A stretch of DNA of 64,000 bases from Epiperipatus broadwayi. Lineage: Eukaryota > Animalia > Onychophora. The stretch spans positions 4,402,001 through 4,466,000 of the forward strand of contig JAQFVV010000011.1 in assembly GCA_028023455.1 (NCBI GenBank), written 5' to 3'. This document shows positions 13,233 to 25,991 of the stretch, one piece after another. Positions within the stretch are counted from its first letter, which is position 1, and every line of letters starts with the position of its first letter. A program made the translations under genes and the position numbers. Below the pieces are notes generated by a model. The model made no database searches, was not told where the DNA came from, and worked only from the letters and a program-made list of their open reading frames with translations.

Positions 13233-15844
13233 TATTTTGATAATATAAATTGTTTAAAACATTTAAAGTCATAATTACAATGTTTAATTACTTATTCCGG
13301 TTATGATGAGAAATAGAAAACACAGAATTACTGTAATCCACCAACTGATAATTAGCTTTTTTTTTATATTATTCTAATATACAGACAAATTAAGATTATT
13401 TTTGAACTAAGTCATATTAACTAACTTATTTGATATTAATCTTCTATTAACAAAAATAACTATTTTTAACATAAAGTAAAAGAAGTGCAAACAATCTTTC
13501 ACATGGATTACTTATGACTTTTTTTTTTGTATTTATTTTTATTCGTATTGATAAAGAAGTTCGCAGTATTTTCAACTAATACATATTTCATAATTAAAGC
13601 TATTTTAAACATTGGAAGTTTCAGAATAGCAATAAAAGTAGCTTGCTGATTAGTAAAAGTTCAATGTCATTTCTGATTGAAAACAAGTAGGGAAAAAAAA
13701 TGTTGGTCTAATTAATTGAAAAGGAATTGTTCTCCCTTGATACTTTGAAACATTGCATTATGTCTTACAAATATTTATAAAGAGTAATAGTATGTAAATC
13801 ACTATATTCAATCACTGTACATTTTCACAAAATGTTTAATGTTCACTACTCAATCCGTTTCATATTTTTGTTAACACTGCTATTGAAGTTGATTTTATTC
13901 TTAATATATTCTATGTAATAGTATTTTAATTCTTAGTAATTCATTATCATTTCTATCGTAAGATTAACGTGAATATGTGTGAAAGCATTGAAAATATACT
14001 TGGTGCAATAAATTTTACTAAATTTAAAGTCTTAGTATTTCTTTTACATTGAACATATATACTGCTATTTTATGACCAAAAAAAAAGCTAAATAGTACTA
14101 ATTTATTATGCGCTCAAGATTTTTTTTTACACACTCGAGAAGCCACTGAGCCACTACTGAAATACTAAGCAATAAACCTAATATTTTCTCAGTTTGGTTA
14201 AATATCTAATTTCATACACTTTTGAATTAAAATGTTAGTAAAAGTTTTTTAATTAAAATAATATGGACAAAACAATGCATGGGAATTTATTTTATCTTGA
14301 GGTTGTTTGAACAATAAATATGCATAAATAGTAACAATAAAAATGTAAATAGGGAGATTTGTAATCTTGTGAATGTCCAAAGGTTGCCCTTGTGACCTTT
14401 GTTAATTTTTCAGTTTTTTCATTAACTAATATGAATACTAAAAACATAATAGCCATAAGGAATCCATATAAATAGACGAAACCAGGTTCGCTGGTTATCA
14501 AAAATATGATCCTGGCAGAATGATGTAAAACGACTAAATATCAATGTCTCAAGATGTCTCTGTTTATGCAATGAACCAGAAAACATGGGATTCAAATAGA
14601 AAGGTGCAAGTGTTCGGCATAATAGCAGCAATTTGGATCTCTTTATAGCCTTCCTTCAGAACAACCATTTTACTTACTGCATTTGTTTTTTTTTTGGTTT
14701 ATAGTTTTATTTTAAAATAATAATAACTGTTGTAGTTTAAAAAAAAAACTACTTACTTATTACTTAAAATTTCATAAGTTTTTAACCATCTGTCAAATCG
14801 ATAACAATACACATTTATTTTTATCGGTTATATTATTCTTGTTATTTTTAAAAAAAACCCATATAATCTACTATTGGCTCATTAAAATAGCCACAACTTT
14901 TATTCTATTTGTTAATTAAAATTAAACACATATTATAGACTTCAAAAAGAAAAACAGAAAAATTAAAAAGAATGCAACTTTGTATTTTATTATTTCTTCA
15001 TTAAAATTAAGCAAAAAAAATAAAAAATACACATAACACATTTTCTTCGTATTTGTTCATAAACACTACACACACACAAAACATACTCTCATTACTTGTT
15101 CCAATTACTTAGTTTTTTTATTTCGATTTAACCTCCAAGTATGTAAAAAAAAAAATCCCATAGCGCAGATACCTTCGAAGTGTGAAATAAATAATCATTT
15201 ATTTTCTATATTAAAATTTGTGATTTCCACTCTTGATGGTATTACAAGCTTTTTAAAATTTTTATCTTTCTTGAAAATAAACTAAAGATAAAATGAAAAT
15301 GTAAAAAATTTCTTATAAAATTTAATCCCATTTCATAGAAAATACTTTTCAAGTTTCTTATTCAATAGTTATATTAAAACAGAGAGCAAATTTAAACTTA
15401 CAATAAATATTTTTTTTACTAAAGACAAACAATAAACTAATTTATTGAATCAAGTTAGCACGCACTTTTAATGAAGTGTGTACTTGCCCCTTTTATTTGA
15501 AAATTTATTATTCATCTTTTAGTCAAATTATACGACATTTTGTAATTTTTAACATAAAAAATACTTCAGGATTTTTTTTTTTAAAAAAAAGTGGATGGGG
15601 GAGGGGGTATAAATTAAAATTTTGTGTTCGCAAGTTTTTGATTAATTTTAAAGAATAGTTCTGATTTCCTTGTTTCTTAATTATTTTGGATTTTCTATGC
15701 CTTTTGTAATTTTTTTTTTTTATCATTTTTAAAGAATTAAATACTCATATTTACTTAATATCATCCCGTGAAATTAACAATTTACATATAATTAAGACTA
15801 AATTACAATTAAAGAAGTATTTTCATGAGTTTAGATTAGTTTTA

Positions 15845-16330
<486 letters not shown>

Positions 16331-16396
16331 ATGGCGGTGTTTTCAGAAATGAATCTTGAAAAGATAGATGAATATTTTAACGATGAAAACCGAATG
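16331..16396 (+). CDS. POLD3: DNA polymerase delta subunit 3 (p66/Cdc27), exon 1
   Basis: MAVFSEMNLEKIDEYFNDENRM vs human MADQLYLENIDEFVTDQNKI; ATG|GTAAAC donor, phase 0. Confidence 0.9.
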
Positions 16397-17429
16397 GTAA
16401 ACAATTTTTTGTATAATATTTTAATTATACTCTTTCGTTTATACGTATAGTAATACCTTAGTTTAACATTTTATTTTATATTACAGTTTTTTAAAAACAA
16501 TTATTAAAATTCGAAACAAACGCAAATAATTTCTTAATCTCTGTTAACAAATGTTGAAATTGAATATTTTATCTAATGTTTTAAAAGTATTATACATATA
16601 TATTTGTGTGGCTAATAATTCTTTATGAAGAAATTTATAAAGAGTTAACATGTATACGTAATATATTTTTTAAATGTATCTAAATAATATAAAATGATGA
16701 ACCGCTATTAAACAGTCATGATTATGATAAACACTGTAAAAATACGATAAAATATTTATTAATTAAAACATATACAAATGCGTATTTACAATTTGTTTAA
16801 CTGTTATACCTTCATCTGATACCGTTATCTTGGTATAGCCATGCAATTATTCATGTAAAGGATACCCTTTCTAGATTTAGCTAGCACTTCCAACTATATC
16901 GTGATAGTTTGCCTCAATAGGTACAGTTGACACTACCAGCTATTCTGTGATAGGTTGTGTTGTGTCTGATTAAGGTTCTAACAGTTTCCAACTCTATTAT
17001 GATATTTGTCTCCCTGCTTGAACCATACATATTCCAGACAATGCAATGCCTGCCATTCAGATTTGACAGTATATTGTTGTATCTAACTGGATCGATTATT
17101 TATAACCAGATCCCTTTTCACAATGAAAATAATCAGATTCACTTAACATCCATATTGACCTACTGGTTGTATTATTGGATATATGTTATTCGTATGTCTA
17201 TTGGTTCATGGGAATGATGTCTTGCTCTGATCACAAGAAGATGGAATCTGGACTAGTCCATTAATTGAAGATGAGAGATTATAACTAGCTCTCCATGTCT
17301 TCATTTGGAGATTGGTAACCTTGTAAACTCATTGTTGGCTATTGATTCTTCCTTGTTGGTTGGTGACATCTATTGATTAATGACTTCACTTTTGGCTGAT
17401 GATTATTCACTGTTAATTAGTTATGTGCA

Positions 17430-18550
17430 ATTCAACTTTAATTGGTTTCAGTGCCTGTAGTGTTGCTGGTAATCTGTTGTTTGAACAACTACTTTTTTGC
17501 AATCCTTTTGATTATAACTGCTGGAACCTATTTTTCATTCTGTGGAACTTTAGCACCTAATTGTACTTAGCATTTTTATTTTCATGGATTGTTCTAGAGT
17601 TCAAACCTTGTTTATTATCAACCAACTTCGGGTGGACCTACTTGCATTTTATTTGTGTGTGCTGGTTCACTTTAATCACTGTAAAGCTTAAGTGATTGAA
17701 CAAGTCACAGCTAATAAATTGTTATGCTTACCAACAAACACTAGAGGCAGTTGTATTGTTTTATTAGGCATAGTGACGTTAAACTGCTTTGACCTAGGAG
17801 TGATATTTGATTGCCTTGGTAGTCAATAATCACTTGCTTTGAGGCAAACGATTATTTTTTTTATTAAATGGTAATCCATGTATTTTTGATACAATGGACT
17901 TTGCAGACCCAGTGTTCAGTATCATTTATTGGAATATTAATAATCTATGTTTGAAAGCTGAATCAGTCTCTTGCATTATTAATATATGCATTGACTTTAT
18001 TTGATTTTAAATTTCCCTTATGCCTTTTTGGAATGAACTCTTTGATTTTCTTCTGAGCATCTTGTTTTTCTTTTTAAAACAGCTTCTATGTGACTGACAT
18101 ATTTGCAATATCTACACACTGTACACTGGTGTGAATATTTGATGTAAGTTTTGCTTTATCACATCTATAACAAACATTGACAATATTGTCATTTGTAGAC
18201 CTTGTAAGTTCTTTTTTATGGGAAAATCTGATCAGATTTCTGATCCTCAGCTTTAATGCTGGACTACTTCTATTTAATGAAGTAGTCGGCTTGCTATGGA
18301 CTCAGCTAGAGTTTCTTGAGAAACAGTTGAATCAAACATAATATGCGGGTCCATCAACAGATTGACCCTAAGGTTGGGGTCTTTCCACAAATGAAACTAT
18401 CTCAGAGCTTCATTAAAGAATTTAAAGTCACAGTTCAAAGCTAGATTTCTGAGTTTAATAGTAAAATCTCTTGCTTTATCTCCTCCCCTTCAGTATAAAG
18501 ATTGAAATGATGTCTCTACATTATCGTTAAGGGTTTTGGGCAGGAAAAGT
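17430..18550 (-). mobile_element. Degenerate Ty3/Gypsy gag-protease-integrase remnant
   Basis: Gag-like DFTIKLRNLALNCDF, zinc-knuckle remnants CYRC and CRYC..SH, protease-like LNTGSAKSIVS, integrase C-terminal VPAVIIKR..RH*NQLK; many stops. Confidence 0.7.
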
Positions 18551-18555
18551 TTGAA

Positions 18556-18817
18556 TTGAAAACAATGTTTTCATTTTGAACTCAAAGCTTTATAGTTAGC
18601 TAAAAAAGTAAAAGGTGGCTGCTGGAGGGTTGCATTAGATCCTAAGATCTAGGTGCAGTGCTCTCAGATCCAATACTCCTCACTGATGAAAGCCACAAGC
18701 TAGAAATTGGTCTGGGGATATTGGATTAGTAGGGACTAGATAAGCCTTCTGGCATCCATTGATTACTCTGGCTTGCAGTAAGTGGCACTACTGTATGGAG
18801 AGTTTCGCTTGTTTTAA
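18556..18817 (+). mobile_element. Palindromic (foldback) element with hammerhead ribozyme at the apex
   Basis: Inverted arms flanking the catalytic core; outer ends TTGAAAACAATG / CGCTTGTTTTAA; right arm shared with the copy at 13054-13232; outer part of left arm is degenerate. Confidence 0.75.
18669..18725 (+). ncRNA. Type I hammerhead ribozyme motif
   Basis: TCCAATA(C)TCCTCA-CTGATGA-A-AGC cacaa GCT-A-GAAA-TTGG-TC-TGGGGATATTGGA: 13 bp stem I, CUGAUGA and GAAA boxes, GUC site at 18710-18712. Confidence 0.8.
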
Positions 18818-18962
18818 TAACAGTTATGAGCAAGCATAAATGGTAATCATGTGATGTTTAGTAGTTTAATACAAATTTACACTTTATTATTATTATTTTT
18901 GTATTAAGTTTAAGGTATTAATAGAAAAATATCCAAAATGTTTTATATATGCATTATTTTTT

Positions 18963-19472
18963 AAGAAGGTTAAGTGAGGGTTATTCATGTTGGGCTCTGA
19001 AATCCTTAATGTCCTCCAAAATCGCCACAATGAAATTTTTTTCTTTATGCAGGTAACACCACATAAATTTGACTAAATAGGAATCTTGGTGTAGTCGCAT
19101 GTTTCCCAGTGTTATTTGTTTTGCCATTTGAGCATTAATAACTTTATACAAAAAAATAATAAATATAAATATTGTCAAATTGGAATTCAGACCTGTTGGC
19201 CACTCACTAGAATTATTGTATGAAAAGTGTATTGGTTAACCCATACAGTTTTCATACGATAATTCTAGTAAGCGCTTACCAGGTCCAAATACTAATTTAA
19301 CAATATTTACATATAATGCCAAATAACAAAATAGAAGACACTGGGAACGACATGACAACATCAAGATTCCTATTTAGTTGTCATCTGCATAAAGAAAAAG
19401 ATTCATTTGTGACAATTTTGGAAGATATTAGGGATTTCATGGCCAACATGAATAACCCTTACTTATCCTTCT
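18963..19472. repeat. 510 bp foldback palindrome built from a LINE RT fragment
   Basis: 18963-19235 is the diverged reverse complement of 19241-19472; arms translate to LFMLAMKSLI...LYADD. Confidence 0.8.
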
Positions 19473-20719
19473 TACCCCTTAATTAACTGAGGTAACCTTT
19501 TCAATCTGACCCCAAATTTATATAGCAAAACTAAATAAATTCACCATATAGATATAGTAAACAATAAATCATTTCACTAATCTAATAATTACATGAACAT
19601 AATAATTTTTAACATACTCAAAATTTAACTCACAATAATCAAAAGGAGGGCTAATTTACCTACAAATGGACATGATCTAATTTCAAAATAAACCTTTAAC
19701 ACAATACCAATAATTTTACATTTACCTTTTTTTATTATTATTATTAACTCTTGGACTCTAATTAGTTTACAAGTATGCACATTTGTTTTAAATTGAATAT
19801 TATACGTTTGATTATTTATCTAAAAATTTCACATTAAAGAAAAATAAACAAATCCTAACATATTTATAAATATATAAAGTAGCAAACTTCTTTTTTTTTT
19901 TTTTGTTATACAATTTTTTTTTTTAATTTCTTTAAAATCAACTAACTTTTTTTTTAAAAAAAATGCTTTTGCTTCCTGCTTTAATAAAATATAGTTTGTT
20001 AGTATTAAATATGAACTAAAACAAAACTTAAATGATTAATACATTAAGATAACAGTCTAAACAGTTTTTTTTTTTTTAATTACAAAGTCAAAATTCTACA
20101 GCCTGTGTTTGATTTCTCCTACAATGGCAAATATTAATTGATTCTATTTGTAAGTTGCCATAATGTCCTTTAACAATCTTCTGATGTTGAAATTTGATAT
20201 TTATGCATTGATTCTTCATTTTAACTAAAGGTACATTTGAAAAATGACACAGGCAAATTCTCAGGGATTCAAAGTAGACTTCAGCAATTGGCAGTTTTTT
20301 CTCTTCTACTCAGTCAGCATAATGAAGATTCAATGGTTCAATGTAGATTGAATAAAGTGAAATTTTAGATTTTTATTGTAACAATTAAAATATGAGATCA
20401 GATGGACTGCTTTCAAGAAAACTGACTATATGTTTTTAAATCTTGTTTTTAACACATTTAATAACTTATTTTTGACACCTGATTTTATTTAAAATTTTCA
20501 AAAACACTCATTATTTAATTAATCAAACTTGCAAAACACTTAATTTAATTATTTAAAATTTATTTCTTGAATTTTTAGTTTCAACATAATTTATATAATC
20601 TATAAGTTTCTTTTAAATTTAAACATTTTTTTTATAAACCTATTACATTATTTAGTATTTTAATATATTTAATAATTTTAACATTTGATTATAATATTTT
20701 TATTACATTTATCACCTTT

Positions 20720-21300
20720 TTGTTGATGACTGTCAACTATTAAATTATTAATGTGATTTTTTCAAAAAATTTGTAGGGAATACATAATAATGCTATTAGA
20801 TGATATTTTTTGAATTTATTGCTAAGTTTATTTGGTGTTAAGACTGCTATAGTTTTATTCATTTGCCAAATTTTTGTGATAGATTCTTTCTGAATAATGT
20901 TACTGAATAATTTGCCAATCAAACCATTTTAAGTTCTATATTTTTAGAAACTTTGCAAGTATGGTATCTGCTCTTGAACTTTTCTTGCTTTAGTGACAAT
21001 AAAGAATAAGTTCAGGTTTATCAATGTCTACAGAATTTACCAGATTGATATTAGAGAAATATTGTGAAAGAATTTATACTTGCAATTTTATTCTAAGAAT
21101 ACTTTCTTCATTCTATTATGGTTGTAGAAGTCTGACATATAAGATTGACAATATCAGCAATAATAATTTTTTTAGAGGTACTTGAATATTTGCCAAGTTT
21201 TCATAAAAGAAATCTGGCCTTATGATCACAGTTTATCTCATTCAGCTTCAAGCCGCCATATTGAACTTTTTAAAATACTGGCCTGACACACAATTTTCAC
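20720..21300 (-). mobile_element. Degenerate LINE (RT N-terminal region)
   Basis: ITKIWQMNKTIAVLTPNK...YHLIALLCIPYKFFEKI resembles the P..WK.A.I..I.KP....YRPIALL...K..EKI motif. Confidence 0.7.
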
Positions 21301-21572
21301 AATAACTTCAGTTTTAATTATGTTAGAGCAAAAACAATTACATTGCTAGCAACTAGAAACATTAAGGAAAACAATAAACATAAAATAAATAGTGATAACT
21401 ATATAAAAAATAAGGAAAAAAAAGAAATTTTCACATCCGAAATACTTATTATTTTATTGTTTGTTTATAATATGATAAGTAACATTAACTAAAATTGAAA
21501 ATACATCTTCAGTGATAATTTTTTTGCATTCCTCACAAAATTATCTTTCTAAACATGTATAACATGTCTTAC

Positions 21573-21668
21573 CTGCGATAATCCACAGCTTCACAATCTC
21601 CAAAAGAAGTCGGATATGACTTCTTCATTTTTATCTTGTACCCCAAATGTTCTAAATGTCAAAGGTGT
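21573..21668 (-). other. Putative spliced exon (96 nt) of an antisense transcript in POLD3 intron 1
   Basis: TTTTCTTTATAG acceptor and CAG|GTAAGA donor; GC-richer than flanks; no read-through frame, but internal ATG gives MKKSYPTSFGDCEAVDYR (phase 2). Confidence 0.55.
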
Positions 21669-21823
21669 CTATAAAGAAAAAGATTCATCCTAATAAAAGA
21701 TACAAAAGAAATCATCATAGCAATTGGCTTCTTGTCTGTCTAAAACTAGAAATTGTAGGCTACTGTCTATATCACTATGATAAAATGAGTTTCATCTCTT
21801 CATTTTATATTTTTTGTGTACAT

Positions 21824-21946
21824 CAGTGATGTTTATATTCTTTATGGACACCAGAGTTATGTTTATATTCTTTATGCACACAAGTGATGCTTATATTTTT
21901 TATGCACACAAGTGATGTTTATATTCTTTATGCACAGAAATGATGT
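21824..21946. repeat. Minisatellite, 28-30 bp unit x about 4.5
   Basis: GTGATGTTTATATTCTTTATGCACACAA repeated in tandem. Confidence 0.9.
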
Positions 21947-22363
21947 TATCTTATTATATTTATTGTACTACATAGATATAATTTATTTGCATATAGTGTA
22001 TTTGTTAGCTATTGACTTGAAAATAATGTTATGAAACATATAGCAAAACCAAAGCATGAATCATGTATATATAATTTATTTGCATACAGATCATTTGTTA
22101 GCTATAGACTTGAAAAACGTAAACAAGAATCGGAATTATAACAAATTACTTATAAATCATATTATATTATATATATAAACATAATTAATGATTTTTATAA
22201 GTGTAGAATATTAAAAGTTACATTAGATATTAATTGTATACGAACGTAAATAACTAACATACACAAATTACAAATAAAAATAATTAATAAAAATGATAAT
22301 TTAAATAAAAAGATATTATAGTTTTATTAAAAAAAATAAAAAAAAATTTTTTAAGTTACTTAC

Positions 22364-22690
22364 AACATTACGTTGACCAGCTTCTTTCCGCCATCTTTAA
22401 TATAGTACCGGAGAAATGTCATCTGCAGCCCCGTAAATTATTTTTGTCTTTTATCGCTCCGTGATAAGTACAAAAATTATTAAAAAAGACAACAGAATTA
22501 AATACTGTGGTTGATTAAAACTGCTGCCAAAAAATTAAATTTTAACCGATTTTTTTTGAAATAAAGATTTTCTGAAAGCTACGTCATCAACCTTTCGAAT
22601 GATCGTATTTTTATCTACGTCACACATACCTTTTACGTCAGTAAAGAAAGAAAACAAAACATCATCTGAACACCGCCTGATGCGCGCTCA
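22364..22690 (-). promoter_or_regulatory. CpG-richer promoter and first exon inside POLD3 intron 1
   Basis: YY1 motif CCGCCATCTT at 22388-22397; GTAAGT donor starting at 22363 on minus; three TGACGTA (CRE-like) sites at about 22580-22630; GCGCGC near 22682. Confidence 0.6.
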
Positions 22691-24019
22691 AAAAGCTGAA
22701 AGGGTTATAAAGCTTCGCTTTTCCATGGACCCATTTGTCTTTTTTTGGCATTATCTGGTGATTTTTACAATTTTGTCAGCAATTTTCAGATCATTAGTAG
22801 ATAAAAATTGCTGGATTTTTTCCTAACCTGAATTGAATTACTTTCAATATTTATGAAAACTAGCAGTTATTATAACAAGAAGGGATTGGAAAGATTCTAT
22901 TAGTATTATTTTCAAAGAATCTAAAACAATACTGGTTAGTTTTTTCTTAAAATCCATCTCAAAACAGGATAACTTTAAGTTAGTGACTTGGTTTTGCTTG
23001 ATTATGGCGATTAGATTAAATGGATTGATCTTTCTTGTGTGTCATTGTAAAGTAATTGAATGTTGTTTAAATCCATCCATTCTAAAAATTGATAGGCTGC
23101 TAGATCCTCTTCATAGAAAGATCTTGATAAGGAGGATATGGCCAATTTGTATTATCATGTATATAAATATGACATATATAAAAATTTATCAACCCGATTG
23201 TGATTGTAATATCATTTGAACCCATATCATATTTAAAATAAATTCTATTAATAATCAATATAAGTTTAGGAATTTTAAGATTATATGCATTATTAGGAGA
23301 ATGACAAATCTCTGAAGTACAATTACATCAATATTGTACTAAACAATTAATTTATAGAGGATCTCTATTTTTGATTTTAATATACCCCAATATAGATGAA
23401 TGATACTCCTTGCCATGATCCATCCTGGAAGTCTAATGCATTGATATATGATAATAATAACCTCCACATGAAAAACAGACTTAATTTTGTTGATCTGACT
23501 AAAGACAGCATTATGAAATTACACAATAAATCTTAAATATTTGAGAAATTGAATGACTAGTAGTGAAAACTGTTTTAAAGAAATTATAGTGAAAATTGCA
23601 TTTGCTAAATAGGTTTTTAGTATGAGTGGGATTCTGTGGAACATTATAAAGTTAGATTTAAGAGTCATCTTAACATGTAAATATGAACAAGTATAAAAAA
23701 AAAGTGATGAGAAAAGACTGGAGATTTTAGAGATATGGATTTAAAGAAAAATAAAAAAGATAAGTTGAAATGATAAATTAGCAATGTAGAAATGTTGATA
23801 AGAGTAAATGAAAAACAATTATATCTTAATCTTACATAATGTTTCACGTAAAAAAGGAAAATATTTTTTTATAAAGATTTTGATGTGAAATTCACAATTT
23901 ATAATTTAGCTATGATTAAAAGTATCATTTTATATTTTCTTTTTCCAATACGAATTAAAGTGATAGTCTTATACATTAGTTTGCTGCGGAACAATTTTAA
24001 TTTATAGTGTTTTTTATAA

Positions 24020-24063
24020 TGGCTATGAATATGGAGTAAATATACTCCGAAAGCGCTAAGCTA
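24020..24063 (+). ncRNA. Minimal type I hammerhead-like motif with A3-U8 core variant
   Basis: TGGCT-ATGAATA-T-GGAGTA aata TACTCC-GAAA-GCGC-TA-AGCTA. Confidence 0.7.
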
Positions 24064-24294
24064 AATGTTATTTGTGAAAATTTTATTAATTTCACCTATA
24101 TATGTTTAAAGCATATTATAAATAGTGTGTTTTTACATATTTTCACACACAAAAAAAAAAATGTAGCTAATCAAAATAGAATGGAACAATAAAAAGAACC
24201 ATTTTTTATAGCTAGTTATTGATTTATTTGTTTTGATTGAGGGCTGACTATTTATTTTGATGAATAGATTTTACATTGTCTTTTTTATAGAAAT

Positions 24295-24895
24295 TGTGAT
24301 AACATGGTTCAACATGTGAAGGGATTTAGATATTTGGATAGTTGGTTGAGTGAGGATAGAAGAAGTGAAGATGAAGTTAAAAGAATAACATTGGCAAAAG
24401 AGACATTTGTGAAGAGAGAAGATTTTTTTGGACATTTGGAAAGAGAATTAAGGAAGAGATTAATTAAATGTTATATGTGGAGTGTATTAATGTATGGTTG
24501 TGAGACATGGACACTGAGTAATAGAAATAAGTGATTGGAAGCCTTTGAGATATGGACATGGATAAGAAAGGATAAAATCAGTTAATTGAGTAAAATAACA
24601 AATGAAGTTTTGAAAAGTGTAAATGAGGAAAGAAGATTGATTGAGAATATCAGAGAAAGAGAAACTGGATTAGACATATATTAAGAAGAAATTATAGTTT
24701 AATGAAAGATGTTTTGGAGGGAATGGTGAGTGGAAATAAAAAGAAAGGACAGAAGAGATTAACATTATTGGCTGATAGGAGAGATGGGAAGACATGTGGA
24801 ATTGAAGAAATGGGCAAGGAAGAGATTGGAATGGATGATTTGATGTTATGACTACTTTCTGGACCTGTCTATTGGACAGAATAATATTGATTGAT
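24295..24895 (+). mobile_element. RTE-like LINE 3' fragment (different family from 9027-10213)
   Basis: GFRYLDS, KRLIKCYMWSVLMYGCETWTL, LEAFEIW motifs; stops and frameshifts. Confidence 0.85.
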
Positions 24896-25452
24896 AGAAA
24901 TTGTATTTCTTTCTTGGATATTTTCGTAAAATTATTTTTCTTGTGTTAATTTAATCACAAAATTGCTTATAAGTTTAATTCTTTTATCTTTAATTCTAGC
25001 ATATTAATTCTTTTCCATCTTTTGTTTTCTTGTAATGTGATTGAAATACTTGAATATAAATTTTATGAAGCTCAATCCTTTAATTAATTTTAAATGCATT
25101 ATGGACTAAAAATGCTATTAATATTTTATTTACTTTAGAAATTTGTTAATAACTAATTCTATTTAAATATAATTAAAAATCTTCCAGAAACATTAGCATT
25201 TATCTAATTCTAAATACATTTTTGCCCAGTCTACTTTGTAATGGCCATCATTTTTATTCAAGAATTTATTGCTTTCATGATTATTATAATTGCAGTTGCA
25301 CTATTTATGAAGTTAAAATCATTAAAAACCTATTATGGGAAAGTATATATAATCCACTAGAAAAACGTGGATGTGTTTTTATAATTAAATATATGTCCAT
25401 TTTTAAAATTTATTGAATGTGAATTAATTATTAAAAATCTTATTATTTGTAG

Positions 25453-25508
25453 ATTACTTACAAGTGGCTAAGTCGAACATTGAAAGTTCATATTAATCGA
25501 GCTAAACA
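25453..25508 (+). CDS. POLD3: DNA polymerase delta subunit 3, exon 2
   Basis: ITYKWLSRTLKVHINRAK(Q) vs human VTYKWLSYTLGVHVNQAKQ; ttgtag acceptor, CA|GTAAGT donor. Confidence 0.95.
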
Positions 25509-25991
25509 GTAAGTAATTATTAGAATTATGATTAATTAGAAAATGTGAAGAGAATTTTATCTTCTTAATAATAGGTTTAAGTATTCATATTTCTCTTTTT
25601 TTTTTTAAAAAATAAAAGAATGCTATATTAATATGAAAAGTCTTTCTGAGTATATAAGTTTCGAAAAAAAAATTTTTTTTTATTAGAATGGTTGAATATA
25701 CATTTATAGCAGACATATCAACATATTTGTGCTTATCTTACACATTAGTTAATTTATTCGTATAAATTTGTTTTATTATTTTTCTAAGAGCATTCATTAA
25801 ATAAAATAACTATTTATTTATTTTGAACAATTGGAAAATCATAAATAATATTTCTTAAATTTATTATGCCAGATAAGTACTTTTATTTTAAATATTTTAT
25901 AATCATCTTAGAATTAAAAGAATGTTTGTATATGTATTAAATCGGGTAGAAGAAAACTGCTATGATTATTTAATTTAAAATCTTAATCTTA

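Noticed and set aside
14292-14631. Two overlapping minus-strand ORFs, one with a PIGH-like YYLCI word
   Set aside because: Spacing and other residues do not fit; no splice-supported model; probably decayed repeat
21824-21946. 28 bp repeats as a CRISPR array
   Set aside because: No spacers; plain minisatellite in eukaryotic DNA
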